Shown: positions 14,876 through 29,658 of the stretch, piece by piece
Position numbering within the stretch: position 1 is the first letter of the stretch
How the letters are laid out: every line of letters begins with the position of its first letter
Source: Octopus vulgaris
Lineage: Eukaryota
DNA length: 64,000 nt
Reading direction: 5' to 3'
NCBI GenBank assembly: GCA_951406725.2
Contig: OX597821.1
Span: 15,190,001-15,254,000, forward strand
Program-made: the position numbers and the translations under genes
Notes under the pieces: model-generated
The model's input: the letters and a program-made list of their open reading frames with translations, nothing else
Told to the model about the DNA's origin: nothing
Databases searched by the model: none

Positions 14876-15024
14876 CACATATTTATAAACATACTTTTAC
14901 ATTCATAGATATATATACATAAATATATACCGATATCTTTAAGCATATGCATACCTGCACACATACAGACGTGACTATACACACATCCTTGTACACATAC
15001 ATGCTCACAAACATACGTAAACTC

Positions 15025-15065
<41 letters not shown>

Positions 15066-15319
15066 ATGATGGTATATATATATATACATATATACATTTA
15101 TATATATATATATATATATACATTTTATATATATATATATACATTTATATATATATATATATATACATTATATATATATATATACATATATACATTTATA
15201 TATATATATATACATATATACATTTATATATATACATATATACATTTATATATATATACATATATACATTTATATATATATACATATATACATTTATATA
15301 TATATACATATATACATTT

Positions 15320-15381
<62 letters not shown>

Positions 15382-15933
15382 TTATATATATATACACATA
15401 TATAGATGTTATGAACTAACGAGCTTTATTTAAAATTCCTAAAGTACAGGTAAATTTACATATACTTCGAAGATAGTATTAATTGGGATTGTTATTCGCT
15501 GGGTTTAAATATCTTAATGACATATGTCAGTTAAGAATATCCATGTCAACCATATTAGTCTGTCATTTTCACATCATCTTTTCTTTTAGTTGCTTTCAAT
15601 TTCCGTGAGATTCGTGTTTTAAATATTTATGGTTTTCAATATTTGTTATAGTACATATATATATATATATATCGTCTACATTGAATTGATTGACTAAGTA
15701 GGAGGAAAAAACAAATGCTTTCACAAACTATTGAGAGGTTTCCAAAACAAATGTAATTGAAAAACGTGTGACGTATCCTCATAACATTGAACGAAAGCAA
15801 ATTAGAATCTCGAAGGATACATAAACACAAACACATTACACATGCGCGCACACATATACGCGTGAGTACACACACACCCACACAAAGATACTTGCATAGG
15901 TCGATACATGCGTACACAAAAACACACACTCTC

Positions 15934-15986
<53 letters not shown>

Positions 15987-15991
<5 letters not shown>

Positions 15992-16600
15992 TACACACAC
16001 TGGTGGGAACACAATCCACCTCCAGTCCTTGAAAATGACCACATCTCACTCCTCTGGAACTTCACCATTCAAACTGACAGAAAGATAGATGCAAATAGGC
16101 CAGACATCATATTGAAAGACTTCAGACAAAGAACATGCCTCCTCATTGATATGATTGTCCCAATCGATATAAACGAATCTGTCAAGACCTACCAAAAACT
16201 GAGCAAATATAAAGATCTTGAAATAGAAATCAGCAAAATGTGGAACCTGAAGACTAAAACAATACCTGTTGTCATAGGTGCCCTGGGAATGATAGCGAAA
16301 GGGGCTGACTGCTACCAAACTCAGATACCAGGAAACCTCAAAATGGCAGAAATTCAAAAGACAGTGATCATGGGAACTGCTCATATCCTACGCAAAATAC
16401 TTTCTATGTAATCCCAAGGTTTAAAACAAACCTTTTTTTAAAAATTTACTAATTAGACATTCACTAGTAAAAACACCATAAAAAAAGACAAATATATGGC
16501 ACACTAGGCATAACAACAACGTGAACTTCCAAACTGTTGTCTCTTGAGGTCTCTGGGTGAGACAGAGAGCCAACTTGTATAAAGCAAAAGTCAAACGTAG
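15987..16600 (+). mobile_element. 5'-truncated Dong/R4-clade LINE (restriction-like endonuclease domain and 3'UTR)
   Basis: Open frame to 16411 with WNF.IQTD..NRPDII..IDM.VP.D..K..KYKDL..PVVIGALG; (AAT)n on both sides, the known Dong target. Confidence 0.9.
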
Positions 16601-16847
16601 AATAATAATAATAATAATAAGAAGAAGAATACTTCAAGGATGGAATTTCGTAAATATGTTAAGGCATCACTACGCGTTTTTCCACAGATCACATGTTGTT
16701 TGTGATTATCAACCACATCCACAGAACAATTACCATATAATTTGTGATATTCATGGACATCATGGTCGCTGTTTGCAATTTCATTTCGTCAGGCGCCTGT
16801 CATAGACATACATATTTACATATAAACTACACAAGAAACACGTCCTC

Positions 16848-17249
<402 letters not shown>

Positions 17250-17346
17250 TAATCAATTTAGGGTAAGCAAAAAATTCAATAGAAATTATTTTGCCACCAG
17301 CGGTCTAGTGAGAAAGGGGAAATAGTCAGAGACTATGAATAAATTC

Positions 17347-17548
17347 AACAACAATTGAGGAACGGCTACAATAGGTCGTTCGACCCACTAGAAATAGCAG
17401 CCAGGGCTCCAACCGCAAATAGTAGTAATTCCGAAATCTTTTTTAATTTTTCCTTAGATTTCGGAATTACTACTATTTTCGGTTGGAGCCCTGGCTGCTA
17501 TTTCTAGTGGGTCGAACGGCCTATTGTAGCCGTTCCGCAATTGTTGTT
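17347..17548. repeat. 93-bp inverted repeat (hairpin) inside a TA-flanked insert
   Basis: 17347-17439 vs 17456-17548, three mismatches by eye, 16-nt loop. Confidence 0.95.
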
Positions 17549-17565
17549 TATGTATATATATATAT

Positions 17566-17612
<47 letters not shown>

Positions 17613-17741
17613 TACATATATATATATATGTATATATGTATACATATATATATATATATATATGTATACATATATATATATATGTATATATGTATACATA
17701 TATATATATATATGTATACATATATATATATGTATATATGT

Positions 17742-17779
<38 letters not shown>

Positions 17780-17820
17780 ACATATGTATATATGTATATA
17801 TGTATATATATATATGTATA

Positions 17821-17900
<80 letters not shown>

Positions 17901-17909
17901 TACATATAT

Positions 17910-20356
17910 ACAAATCATATGGATCTCATCCATAATGTGAAAGTGACACCGACACTACTCTCGGATCACAACATGGTAGAGCTGACCATGTACGGGCCAA
18001 AGGAAAGCATAGACATGCAGCCTACAAGAAACCCTCAGAATCTTTCCAGCTTGAACTTCCATAAGGCAAACTGGAAACAAATTGAGAAAGAGATCCTCAA
18101 ACAAAACTGGCCTGAATGTCTCTCCTCGCCAGACATCGACATGAAACTTCAACAATTCATGTCTGTAATGCAAGCCATATGCTACGAATGTGTCCCAGAG
18201 AGAAAGGCCACTGTACACAAGAACAAAATCCCCAGAGAGAGGAAAATTTTAATGAGACGGCGTACAAAAATTTCAAATCGCCTAAACAAACAAATTGAAA
18301 GCAGTGTAAATCCCGCCTGAAAATAAAACTGTTTGAAATTGAAAATTGTCTGCAAGTCTCCCATGAAAAGGAAAGAGCAGACAAAGAAGCCTGGGGTATA
18401 GACAACATAAAATCTAACCCCAGAGCTTTCTACAGGTATGCCAAAGAAACAGCTACGGTGCACTGTAGGATAGGGCCACTCCTTGAAAAGGATGGCACAC
18501 TCACAGGAAAACCAATGAGGGTAAGTGAAATACTAAATGAGCAATTCAAGAGTGTTTTCACTCCACCCCTTGGGCATTTCCAAATCACCAATCCAACTGA
18601 CTTCTTTACCACTGCAGATATAAAATCAGAGGCGGCGACGATAGATTACATCGATATAAAGGAAGACGATGTAATAAAGGCTATAGATGAAATGAAAACA
18701 GACTCAGCTACTGGCCCCGATGGATTCCCGGCAATCCTCCTAAAAGTATGTAAGAGAGTCCTAGCAAGACCACTGCAGTTCCTCTTTCAGAGCTTCCTTG
18801 CAGCTGGCAAACTTCCAAGAAAACTGAAGGAAGGTAAAATATGCCCTATTCATAAAGGAGGTAGCAGAGTGGAGGCCAAGAACTACAGACCTATCTCTCT
18901 CACCTCACACATCAGCAAGGTCATGGAACGAATAGTCAGAAGGAAACTGATCACCTTCCTTGAAGAAAATGACTTGCTGCCTGACACCCAACATGGTTTC
19001 TGACCAGGAAGAATCTGCTTAACTCAGCTCCTACAACACTATGACTGGGTGCTGAAACGACTGCTCAACCACTCAAATGTGGAAGTCATATATCTCGACT
19101 TTGCAAAGGCCTTTGATAAAGTCGATCATGGAATGATATGTCACAAACTGCGTGATCTCAACATAGTTGGAAAACTGGGAGAATGGCTTCATGACTTTCT
19201 GAAAGATAGAAGTCAGGTGGTAGTAGCCAATGGGGCCACTTCCATTAACACGCAAATAGTGAGCGGTGTTCCGCAGGGCACTGTTTTGGGACCACTACTG
19301 TTCATAATGGCCCTCTCAGACATGCCATCAGCCACGCTGAGAGCCACGATCACGAGTTATGCAGATGATACAAAAGTTTCACAGGCAATACAGAACCCTG
19401 AGGACACTAAACGCCTGCAATGTGAGCTGGACAAAACATACAAGTGGGCTGAAAAGAATAGCATGCAGTTCAATGCTGAAAAGTTTCAAGCTTTATACTA
19501 TCAGCATGCAAAACTAAATGCAATACCCAATGAATACACTGGACCCGGAGGAATTGCAATCCCAGAGGCACAATCAGTGCGTGACCTGGGTATTTAAATG
19601 AGTGATGACGCAACCTTTCGTGTACATGTTGCTAAATTGGCAATGAAATGTAGACAACTGGCCGGATGGATTCTCAGAACCTTTAGAACAAGAGAACAAA
19701 AACCATGATGGTTTTCTGGAGGACACTTGTCCTAAGCCACTTTGACTATTGCTTTCAGCTATGGTCACCATCCAGTGTCAAGTTGATCACAGAACTTGAG
19801 GCGATTCAACGTGGCTACACGAAGAAGATAGCCTCTGTGCAGAATATAAGCTACTGGGAAAGACTCAAGAGATTAAAACTCTATTCCTTGGAGCGTAGGC
19901 GAGAAATATATGCCATAATATACATCTGGAAGATCCTGGAGGGACTTGTCCCAAACTTTGGCATCGAGAGTTACACAAATACCAGAACCGGACGCCACTG
20001 CGTGGTGCCTAGGACTCCAAATTTGCCATCAAGATGTAGGACAAGATACTGTGATAGCCTGGGCTTCCGAGGCCCACAGCTCCTCAATATCCTCCCGAAG
20101 AACCTAAGAGACCTGCATGGGGTGGATGCAGATGTCTTTAAAATGAAACTGGATCTCTTCTTCTCAGGTATCCCAGATGAACCAACTTCACGGCAGGAGG
20201 TGCAGATGAGGCAGCTGCATCGAACTCTCTCATGCACCAAATGGCAGTTGCTAAAAAGCATTCGTGAAGTAAAACCATGTAGCAACACCAAATGGCGGTG
20301 CCCCAGCATGGCCACAGCTCGTGAGCTGAAACTAGAATCAATCAATCAATCAATCA
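17910..20356 (+). mobile_element. 5'-truncated CR1-like LINE, disrupted ORF2 (APE C-terminus and reverse transcriptase)
   Basis: SDHN; GPDG; NYRPISLTS; YLDFAKAFDKVDH; SGVPQGTVLGPLLF; YADD; several stops/frameshifts; (AATC)n tail; (TA)n both sides. Confidence 0.95.
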
Positions 20357-20364
20357 TATATGTA

Positions 20365-20466
<102 letters not shown>

Positions 20467-20488
20467 TATACATATATATATATATATA

Positions 20489-20756
<268 letters not shown>

Positions 20757-20800
20757 CATAGATAATAATAAAATATCATTATTATTATTATTATTATTAT

Positions 20801-21014
20801 TAAGGCTGTGAGCTGGCAAAATATTTACCACACCGGGTGGTATGACTTGCGGTATTTCGCTTATGCATCCGTTCTGAGTTAAAATCTCTTTGAGTTCGAC
20901 CCGCCATTTTATCCTTTCGGGGTCGATAAAATAGATACCAGTTGAACACCCGGATCATTATTATTGACTAGTCCTTCTCACAAAATTTCAGGCGTTGTGC
21001 CTTTAGTAGAAAAG
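20801..21014 (+). mobile_element. SINE family C copy
   Basis: taaggctgtgagctggca head, atcctttcggggtcgataaaa core, (ATT)n both sides. Confidence 0.8.
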
Positions 21015-21076
<62 letters not shown>

Positions 21077-21638
21077 CGTTTGTTGTTCCTGCTGCTGCCG
21101 ATGGTGTTGTTACTAGCTTACATTTATATAGGCATGGTGCTGTGTTTATCTGATGTTTATACGAAATAAAAATTGATTTAGAACCTGTAACTATAGATTA
21201 TGTACATGGTTCTGAGATGACCAAGTTGTTAAGACACCTGCTTCACGACATATGTGCTATAGGATTGGAACTCACTCAATGTCTCTATGTGTGCGTGAGT
21301 GCGTCTGTGCGTGCAAGTGTCGTGAAAGCGTATCTGTGCCTGTATGCGGTGAAAATGAAAGAGGGGGGAAAAAAGCGACAATTATCGTAACAAAGGCAAT
21401 TAAATTTGAAACACCGCTCATCAACCATGACAAATAGAATCAGCATAGTGTTGTCAAATTTATTACTCCTCTGGTGGCAGTAATTGTAAAATATCATTAA
21501 GTTGGGAGTCATTACAAAATATCATTTTAAAAACATTGGAAACAATATACAAGTGATACATACACACACACACATGTGTATATGGGTGGCAAATGAAAAG
21601 AAGAAGCTCTCAACACCTTTAGTAAGAGTTACATATGA

Positions 21639-21806
21639 TATTTAAAACAGATTGGTATGGCCCCATGCAATTTATTGTTTCGTAGGCATGTTACAGCCCA
21701 CGAGAAATTAGTTTTCTGTAATAAGATACTCACGAGAAGCTAGTTTCTGTAAGAAGCTTACTGAAATTTAAATCGCATGGGGCCCGAATCAAACTGTGTT
21801 AAATAT
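21639..21806. repeat. Imperfect fold-back element
   Basis: atatttaaaacagattgg..ggccccatgcaattta vs taaatcgcatggggcc..aaactgtgttaaatat; spacer has a short tandem duplication. Confidence 0.6.
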
Positions 21807-22101
21807 TAATTTTAGCGGCTTCTTGTAACTGGCGCCTCCAGGAAGGAATGGTGTCAACGATAACAGCACGAAACTCTTATGAGCTCTTGGACGTTAACTA
21901 ATGAGGGATTATCTCCAAATTCTCCGTGTGTTATGGCTTTATCAAATTTCCTGTTTGTTTTTGCAAAAGTTACCGTTTGTTGTATTTTCATTAAATCCTT
22001 GAAATATTATTTATGTGACGCAACACACTTCTTCTATGTTTACCCTATATATGTATACACACACATTTTTACACACACGTATATATATATATTTGTATAT
22101 A

Positions 22102-22311
22102 TAGTTAATCCAAACAAGAAAGCACAAAAAAACACAACGAGAGGACGTGGAACAAATATAGTATTATTGGACGCTCAGGAAAGAAGGAAAGGAGGAGGGT
22201 TTAACGTTTCGAGCGGAGCTCATCGTCGGAAACATAGGAGAATTAAAGATCCAAAGAAGTGAAGACAGAGGAAAAAAATCGCCAACGGTACACACAAGGT
22301 CACATTTTGAA
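22102..22311 (-). mobile_element. PLE-like terminal repeat with hammerhead motif (22200-22232)
   Basis: Minus: ttt CCGACGA t gagc-tcc-gctc GAAA cg TT aaa; shares tcctgagcgt with the 63160 copy; TA-flanked. Confidence 0.65.
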
Positions 22312-22343
<32 letters not shown>

Positions 22344-22471
22344 AATTGTTTAAAAAATGATGAGGTTATTGAGGTATTTTTCCATAACCAATGGTAGACT
22401 TAATACACAGATAAAGAAATTCTATCGGTCAACGCGGTGCTGAGCACTTACTCTCAACGTTCGACATTTAC

Positions 22472-22535
<64 letters not shown>

Positions 22536-23051
22536 TGTGGTATTTCGGCTGTGTATTGCAAAATAAATTCACCGAGAGACTGGTGGAATGAAGGAAAGTG
22601 GGAAAGTAGCTTTCGTCACACTACATGTGTGCACTTAGGACAGGTATGTAAGCATCTCCAGAGTAAGCGACGTTCAGGATGCAAAGAAGGAGAGAAAGAA
22701 TGATTTAACTAGGAAGAAATGACATTGTCTTTACAGGGACAGAGGAATAACATCTATTTATGAGCAATAATAGGTTGCTTCGTGAGCTAAAAATTTATGT
22801 AGCTAAACTGTTTATGACTGGCATTTTGTCAGGAAAATCGTTCGCGTTCGTCCGAAAGAGAGTTAACGTGTCATATATTTTGAACATCATCCCCAAACCC
22901 CATCATCATCACCATCACCACAATCAGTAAGGGACAGTTATTGGTAAATCAAGAATAAGGGGTAGTGACAGTCACATTAGAAGCAGGAGATGCTGGTGTG
23001 TTATTTTGCTTGCTTGTTTATATATATATATATATATTTTGTCTTTTCTTT

Positions 23052-23339
23052 CCGACCAGGCTATCAGATGTAGTTACACATCGCTGGTCACAATGCGTTC
23101 GCATTGTTTTAGCCTTGAAATGACGCCACCCCGCTGGCTAAGCGAGCAGGCTAACAGAAGAAAGAGTGAGAGAAAGTTGTGATGAAAGAGTACAGCAGGG
23201 ATCACCACCCCCTGTCGGAGCCTCGTGGAGCTTTTAGGTGTTTTTGCTCAATAAACACTCACAACGTTCGGTCTAGGAATCGAAACCGCGATTCTACGAC
23301 CGCGAGTCCGCTGCCCTAACCGCTAGGCCATTGCGCCTC

Positions 23340-23340
<1 letters not shown>
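23052..23340 (-). mobile_element. tRNA-derived SINE family B
   Basis: Reverse complement of the 9738-10039 sequence. Confidence 0.85.
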
Positions 23341-23373
<33 letters not shown>

Positions 23374-23426
23374 CACACGTATATATATATACATATACAC
23401 ATATATATATATACACACACACACAC

Positions 23427-23537
<111 letters not shown>

Positions 23538-23548
23538 CACACACACAC

Positions 23549-23671
<123 letters not shown>

Positions 23672-23789
23672 ATATACATTCACGTATAAATATACAGGTT
23701 TCGTCTGATTCCTCCTTATCTCGCTAACTTTTGAAATATTCATTGCAGCGCAACGCACCACTGCTTGTTTACTTAAGCGTAAAAAATAT

Positions 23790-24415
23790 TCCCTGAATAT
23801 TTAGTGCGACTCTTACCACTTTCTTCCCCTCCTCTTTGTTCTTTGTCCTTTTACTTTTTCCGTCCCCTCCTTAATTGCCTCCCTTGGATCCTCTCCTCTT
23901 GCTTTCCTCTCTATTTCCCTCTCTCATATCTTAGTCTCCCTACCACTCTTACCCTCTCTTACCGATGTCCAGTCAAAGCGCGTCGTTTTCTTTCGCTTGT
24001 ATTCTGCCCGTCAAGGACTTTTAAATTTCTTTGCGCTACATCACTATGACTGTCTTGATAGCCCCAAAACCCTCTTCTTTTTGTATTGTATCGTTTTAGT
24101 ACTGCATACGTATAATTACTGCTTTTGCCTTATTGTTCAGTCGTAAGGCATTTTCTATTGTGTGTAATGTTATTATTTTGTACTGTCCTCGCACACATTC
24201 GTCAGCTTTTTTCTGTAACCCTATGCTCCGGCGCTCCCGTTAGATAATAGTGGTCTTGAATTAAATAGCGTGAAACAACTATGACGTCTCGGATACCAAC
24301 TAATGAGAAAGTCAGCTGCGAATGTCCCTTGTATCGTGTTTTTATCTTTCTTTTCTGTCCGTTATGTTTTCACCCAATTTTCGCCTATTTTTCCTTTCTC
24401 TGTCTAACTTTTGAC
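23790..24415 (+). mobile_element. Diverged relative of the 24724-25772 element (internal region and one terminal repeat)
   Basis: Pyrimidine-rich body then ..gaaa..atga..aCTAATGA..gctgcgaatgtccc..gtgttttt colinear with the minus strand of 24724-24955. Confidence 0.45.
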
Positions 24416-24619
24416 ACACTCACACACACACACACACATACATATACATACATCTGGTGGGGTGCTTGTCTCCCCTTCGCAAATATAAGGACACAGGAAA
24501 TGCGTCAAAGCCGACAGGGAGCGTCGATGCTTCCTAGGACTTACTAGCGCTGGTGTATTTCTCTTTACGGGACTGTCACGTTAAGGTGATAGTATACAAC
24601 CGCTTTCCCTCTCTCTCTT

Positions 24620-24693
<74 letters not shown>

Positions 24694-24723
24694 CATATGT
24701 GTATGTATGTGTGTATGTATGTA

Positions 24724-25772
24724 TATATAGGTAAACGTTAAAAAAACACAAACTGGGACAAGAACGTGAAACATTTTGAAGACGGCAAAAAAACACACAG
24801 ACGGGACTTTCGAAGCTCTCAGTCATCAGTTAAGAACCAGATCATCTTCGCAATTTCGGCTGATTAATCTTGAGATTGCTCCAATCTGGGCAGCCAACCA
24901 AGGGAAATCTAAGCCAATCGCATTAGATTCCTTGGAAGAAAACCTCGAAAGTATACAACACGGTGACGGAAAAACGGACGATGTTACTCGAAAAAAAAAA
25001 AAATTCAAAAATACGTAAAAACAATAAAGAAAGCACGGATAAAAATACAAAATAACGTAAAAACAATCATAACAAAACCAGGACGTCAGGAAAAGCGTCT
25101 TTCGACAGGACGAGTTGAGTATAGGGCTGGCTGTGGTAAAAATGCCTGAAGGCAAACGGAGCACAAACACATACGTGTGGTCAAGCCAACTACTTGATGC
25201 GAAAGGCAGTAGTAGCTAGCTGGTCACGTGAGCACAAAAAGGAGGAAGGGACATATGAAGAGAGAAGCAGGAGAGGGAAAGGGACAGGTCAAGTGGGGTA
25301 TAAGGTCTGAGAGGCAGAGAAATGTGGGAGAGGAGGGACGGAGGAAGAGAGAAAGAAAGAAGGGGAACAAGGGAGGAGAAGAAAAAGAGGGAAAGAGACA
25401 GAACAAGGGGAGTGAAAAGGGTGAAGGCAGAGAAAAGTAGGAGAGGGGGGAAAAAGAGACAGAGTAGTAGAGTCGTACCAATGTTAGAGAGTAATATACT
25501 TACAGTATAGGGTTAAAGGGTAGGGTACGTAGCCGCCATGTATATAGGTAAACGTTAAAAAAACACAAACTGGGACAAGAACGTGAAACATTTTGAAGAC
25601 GGCAAAAAAACACACAGACGGGACTTTCGAAGCTCTCAGTCATCAGTCAAGAACCAGATCATCTTCGCAATTTCGGCTGATTAATCTTGAGATTGCTCCA
25701 ATCTGGGCAGCCAACCAAGGGAAATCTAAGCCAATCGCATTAGATTCCTTGGAAGAAAACCTCGGAAGTATA
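24724..25772 (-). mobile_element. Non-coding element with 232-bp direct terminal repeats (retrozyme-like / non-autonomous PLE-like)
   Basis: 24724-24955 and 25541-25772 differ at two positions; 585-bp spacer; CTGATGA..GAAA motif in each repeat; TA-flanked. Confidence 0.8.
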
Positions 25773-25778
25773 TATATA

Positions 25779-25926
25779 TCTTTTACTCTTTTACTTGTTT
25801 CAGTCATTTGACTGCGGCCATCCTGGAGCACCACCTTTAATCGAGCAACTCGACTCCGGGACTTCTTCGTTTGTAAGCCCGGTACTTATTCTATCGGTCT
25901 CTGTGCCGAACCGCTAAGTTACGGGG

Positions 25927-25977
<51 letters not shown>

Positions 25978-26144
25978 TATATACGACGGGCTTCTTTCAG
26001 TTTTCGTCTACCAAATCCACTCACAAGGCTTTGGTCGGCCCGAGGCTATAGTAGAAGACACTTGCCCAAGGTGCCACGTAGTGGGACTGAACCCGGAACC
26101 ATGTGGTTGGTAAGCAAGCTACTTACCACACAGCCACTCCTGCG

Positions 26145-26147
<3 letters not shown>
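25779..26147 (-). mobile_element. tRNA-derived SINE family A (internal TA tract, LINE-like tail)
   Basis: Head ggcgcaggagtggctgtgtggtaag..ggttcagtccc; tail gctccag.atggccgcagtcaaatgactgaaacaagtaaaag. Confidence 0.9.
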
Positions 26148-26191
<44 letters not shown>

Positions 26192-26748
26192 ATACATAAA
26201 AATGTGAGTGCGTGTGCAAGCCTGCATAGTAGAGATACAAACATGATGAATTTATTTCTCCGAAGATTGAAAAAAGTGATAAATAGCTGTAATAGATTAT
26301 TGGATTCACGTGAAAGGTGTCTACATCAGTTAATCTGTTTATATACACAACAAATCCAATAGATCCAAAAAGCTAGGGCCAGTATATTGCATACTATATG
26401 TGTTTAACTCTTTACCTCCATACTTAATTATTTCCTGATACCTGAACACATCCGTGTACGTAAGCGAATAGTATTGACTTTACTGTCATAAATAAATATA
26501 TATTCGTGTCTCCGGTACCGTTATGTTCTTGTTTAAGGTTATAGGTTGGACGGACCGCTAACGTCTATGAGTAACTCACTATGGTTTGAAATAGTTAAGG
26601 CAAATACCATTAAGATTTCGAAACGGTTGAATATTTACAGCAAGTACTGCCTGTAAGGTATTGGCTATTAAACCATATAGTAATTATATTACGATGAGAT
26701 TATCGTGTTCATGCAGCCGAGAATCCAGGATATACAAACAGGATAATA

Positions 26749-26947
26749 TCTTTACTCTTTTACTTGTTTCAGTCATTTGACTGCGGCCATGCTGGAGCAC
26801 CGCCTTTAGTCGAGCAAATCGACCCCGAGACTTATTCTTTGTAAGCCCAGTACTTATTCTATCGGTTTCTTTTGCCGAACCGCTATGTGACGGGGATTTA
26901 AACACACCAGCATCGGTTGACAAGCAATGCTAGGGGGACAAACACAG

Positions 26948-27002
<55 letters not shown>

Positions 27003-27166
27003 CGGCAGGCGTCTTTCAGTTTCCGTCTACCAAATCCACTCACAAGGCTTTGGTCGGCCCGAGACTATAGTAGAAGACACTTGCCCAAGGTGCCACGCAG
27101 TAGGACTGAACCCGCAACCATGTGGTTGGTAAGCAAGCTACTTACCACACATCCACTCCTACACCT
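26749..27166 (-). mobile_element. SINE family A
   Basis: Matches 25779-26147 and 56225-56658. Confidence 0.9.
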
Positions 27167-27353
27167 ACTACCAGTAAATAATAATTACAAACTAAAATTA
27201 TGAAAAATGAGAGGTGGACACATTATTTTCTTATAAGATCCGTTTCATAATATTTTTCTTATTGTTAATTTTAGCATCGCAAATTATGTACGTATATTTA
27301 ACCTCAATATGCATATTTAGCATTATATAATATCAATGTATATCTACATAGAG

Positions 27354-27572
27354 CAGTGCTTTTCAAACTTTTTGCTGGAGCGGAACCCCAAGGAAACATT
27401 CCACTGGCTCGAGGAACCTCTGTACAATAATTTAATAGTCTTATGCACACATATCTGCACGGGAGAATTAAAAATTACTGCCGATTTTAGCAGTTTTGTA
27501 ACTTCTTGCGGAACCTCTGGATTGTACTGGCGGAACGCAAAGGTTCCGCGGAACCCTGGTTGAAAACCACTG
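27354..27572. mobile_element. hAT-type MITE
   Basis: TIRs cagtgcttttcaaac / ggttgaaaaccactg; perfect 8-bp TSD acatagag (27346-27353, 27573-27580). Confidence 0.92.
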
Positions 27573-28010
27573 ACATAGAGAGTTATGAGAGAGTAAACTA
27601 ACTCCTGTCGTTATATATACCGGAACGTGATGGATACAGAAATGGTTTAACTCTGTCGGGCACAGAGAATCCTTTCTTTCTTATATGCAATGGATAGTAA
27701 GGCGAAATTGAATGTAGATAAAATAATTCGATTTGCAAAGGAAACAATTATTTAAAAAGAAGATGGTGAACAAACATGTAGATTGATACCTTTTTTTAAA
27801 TAATCCCCCTTTAAACATACCTAAGAGCAACTTTAGCAGGAATACCAAAAATCGATTACAGATATTTTACTACTCCAAACACAGAAAATAAAATATACAC
27901 GGGCAGATATCTTGCTGTTAATAATTAAAAATGAAAATAAGTTTGTTTATAACGGAAAATACGATTCAAAACAGCAACTATCAAAGTTTATGAGAGAATT
28001 TTTGAAATAT

Positions 28011-28333
28011 GGATGGGGACAGACAAACGGATTAAGTCGATTACATCGGCCCCAGAGCGTAACTGGTACTTATTTAATCGAGCCTGAAAGGATGAAAGGC
28101 AAAGTCGACGTCGGCGAAATTTGAACTCAGAACGTAGCTATTTCTTTTACTACCTATAAGGGGCTAAACACAGAGAGGACAAACAAGGACAGACAAACGG
28201 ATTAAGTCGATTATATCGACCTCAGTGCGTAACTGGTACTTATTTAATCGACACCGAAAGGATGAAAGGCAAAGTCGACCTCGGCTACGCATTTCGCCCG
28301 GTGTACTAACGATTCTGCCAGCTCGCCGCCTTA
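28011..28333 (-). mobile_element. SINE family C, internally duplicated
   Basis: gacagacaaacggattaagtcgatta..gaaaggcaaagtcgac occurs twice. Confidence 0.8.
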
Positions 28334-28784
28334 GAAGCTGGGCTTATTATAACATCTCCATGCGACTGACTGCGGGTTACACGCGCAGGACCTGTTTTGA
28401 ATATTTCACCTGTAACTTATCATTGTTATGATTATTGCATAACGTTAAACGTCCTCAAACTGCTGACGAGTTAAGAAATTACATATTTTCATATTTATCT
28501 GTTTTCTTTTTGTGATCCACATTACACACACACACATACACAAACACACACACACACACACAAACAAACACACACACACACACATATATATATATACGTG
28601 TGTGTAATGTTATATATGCATTCGTTTTTGTCTCTATATATGTAGATGCATGTGTATACCGGTGTTGTGTTCGACTAGTAGTTAGTTCCTCAACCCTAAG
28701 AAGCCACCCTCCATAGAATTTGCACTCCGAAGGTAAAGTCAGGCGACATACTGTTCATTGTTTTGTCTGGCGTACTCAAGATTC

Positions 28785-28998
28785 TTTTCTTCTCTAGGCA
28801 CAAGACCTGACATTTTTGGGAGGAGATAGCCATTTCGATTAGATCGACCTCAGTAAGCAACTGGTACTTAATTTATTGACCACGAAAGGATGAAAGGCAA
28901 AGTCGACCTCTGCGGAATTTGACCTCAGAACATAAAAACAGACGAATACCGCTAGCATTTCGCCCAGCATTCACAAGATTCTGTCGGCTGGCTACCTT
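28785..28998 (-). mobile_element. SINE family C
   Basis: gaaaggatgaaaggcaaagtcgacctc core. Confidence 0.8.
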
Positions 28999-29271
28999 TA
29001 TGTGAGTATGTGTTTGCGCGTAGCATGTGTGTGTCTGTGTCTATATGTATATATTTCTGTATATATTATTGAACTTGAAATTTCAAAAGTCTCATTTCAG
29101 ACAAAATGGGGAATAGCATTGGTGTGGTGAGGTGTAACGATTGTGCAATGGCTGCAGGGCATGAATTAAAAATGGATGCAAGCATTATTAATACTTATTT
29201 TTCTGGAATTTTATAGTCCTTTGTTGCATATGAAATCTTGAATCTTGAAAGAATGAAAATTGTTACAATTC

Positions 29272-29658
29272 GGGATGGAAGCACTCCGTCGGTTACGACG
29301 ACGAGGGTTCCGGTTGATCAGAATCAACGGAACAGCCTGCTCGTGAAATTAACATGTAAGTGGCTGAGCACTCCACAGACACGTGTACCCTTAACGTAGT
29401 TCTCGGGGATATTCAGTGTGACACAGGGAGTGACAAGGCCGGCCCCTTGAAATACAGGTACAACAGAAACAGGAAGTAAGAGTGAGAGAAAGTTGTGGTG
29501 AAAGAGTACAGCAGGGATCACCACCATCCCCTGCCGGAGCCTCGTGGAACTTTTAGGTGTTTTCGCTCAATAAACACTCACAACGCCCGGTCTGGGAATC
29601 GAAACCGCGATCCTATGACGCGAGTCCGCTGCCCTAACCACTGGGCCATTGCGCCTCC
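29272..29658 (-). mobile_element. SINE family B head with an alternative 3' module
   Basis: 29480-29658 matches family B; 29272-29480 is unrelated to the 3' half of the 9738/23052 copies. Confidence 0.85.

Noticed and set aside
20801-21075. Idea that SINE family C is mobilised by Dong because both sit in AAT/ATT tracts
   Set aside because: Polarity is opposite (SINE sense ATT, Dong sense AAT) and no shared 3' tail is visible
28461-28483. CTGACGA gttaa GAAA tta possible ultra-minimal hammerhead
   Set aside because: No stem II pairing and only a 2-bp stem I
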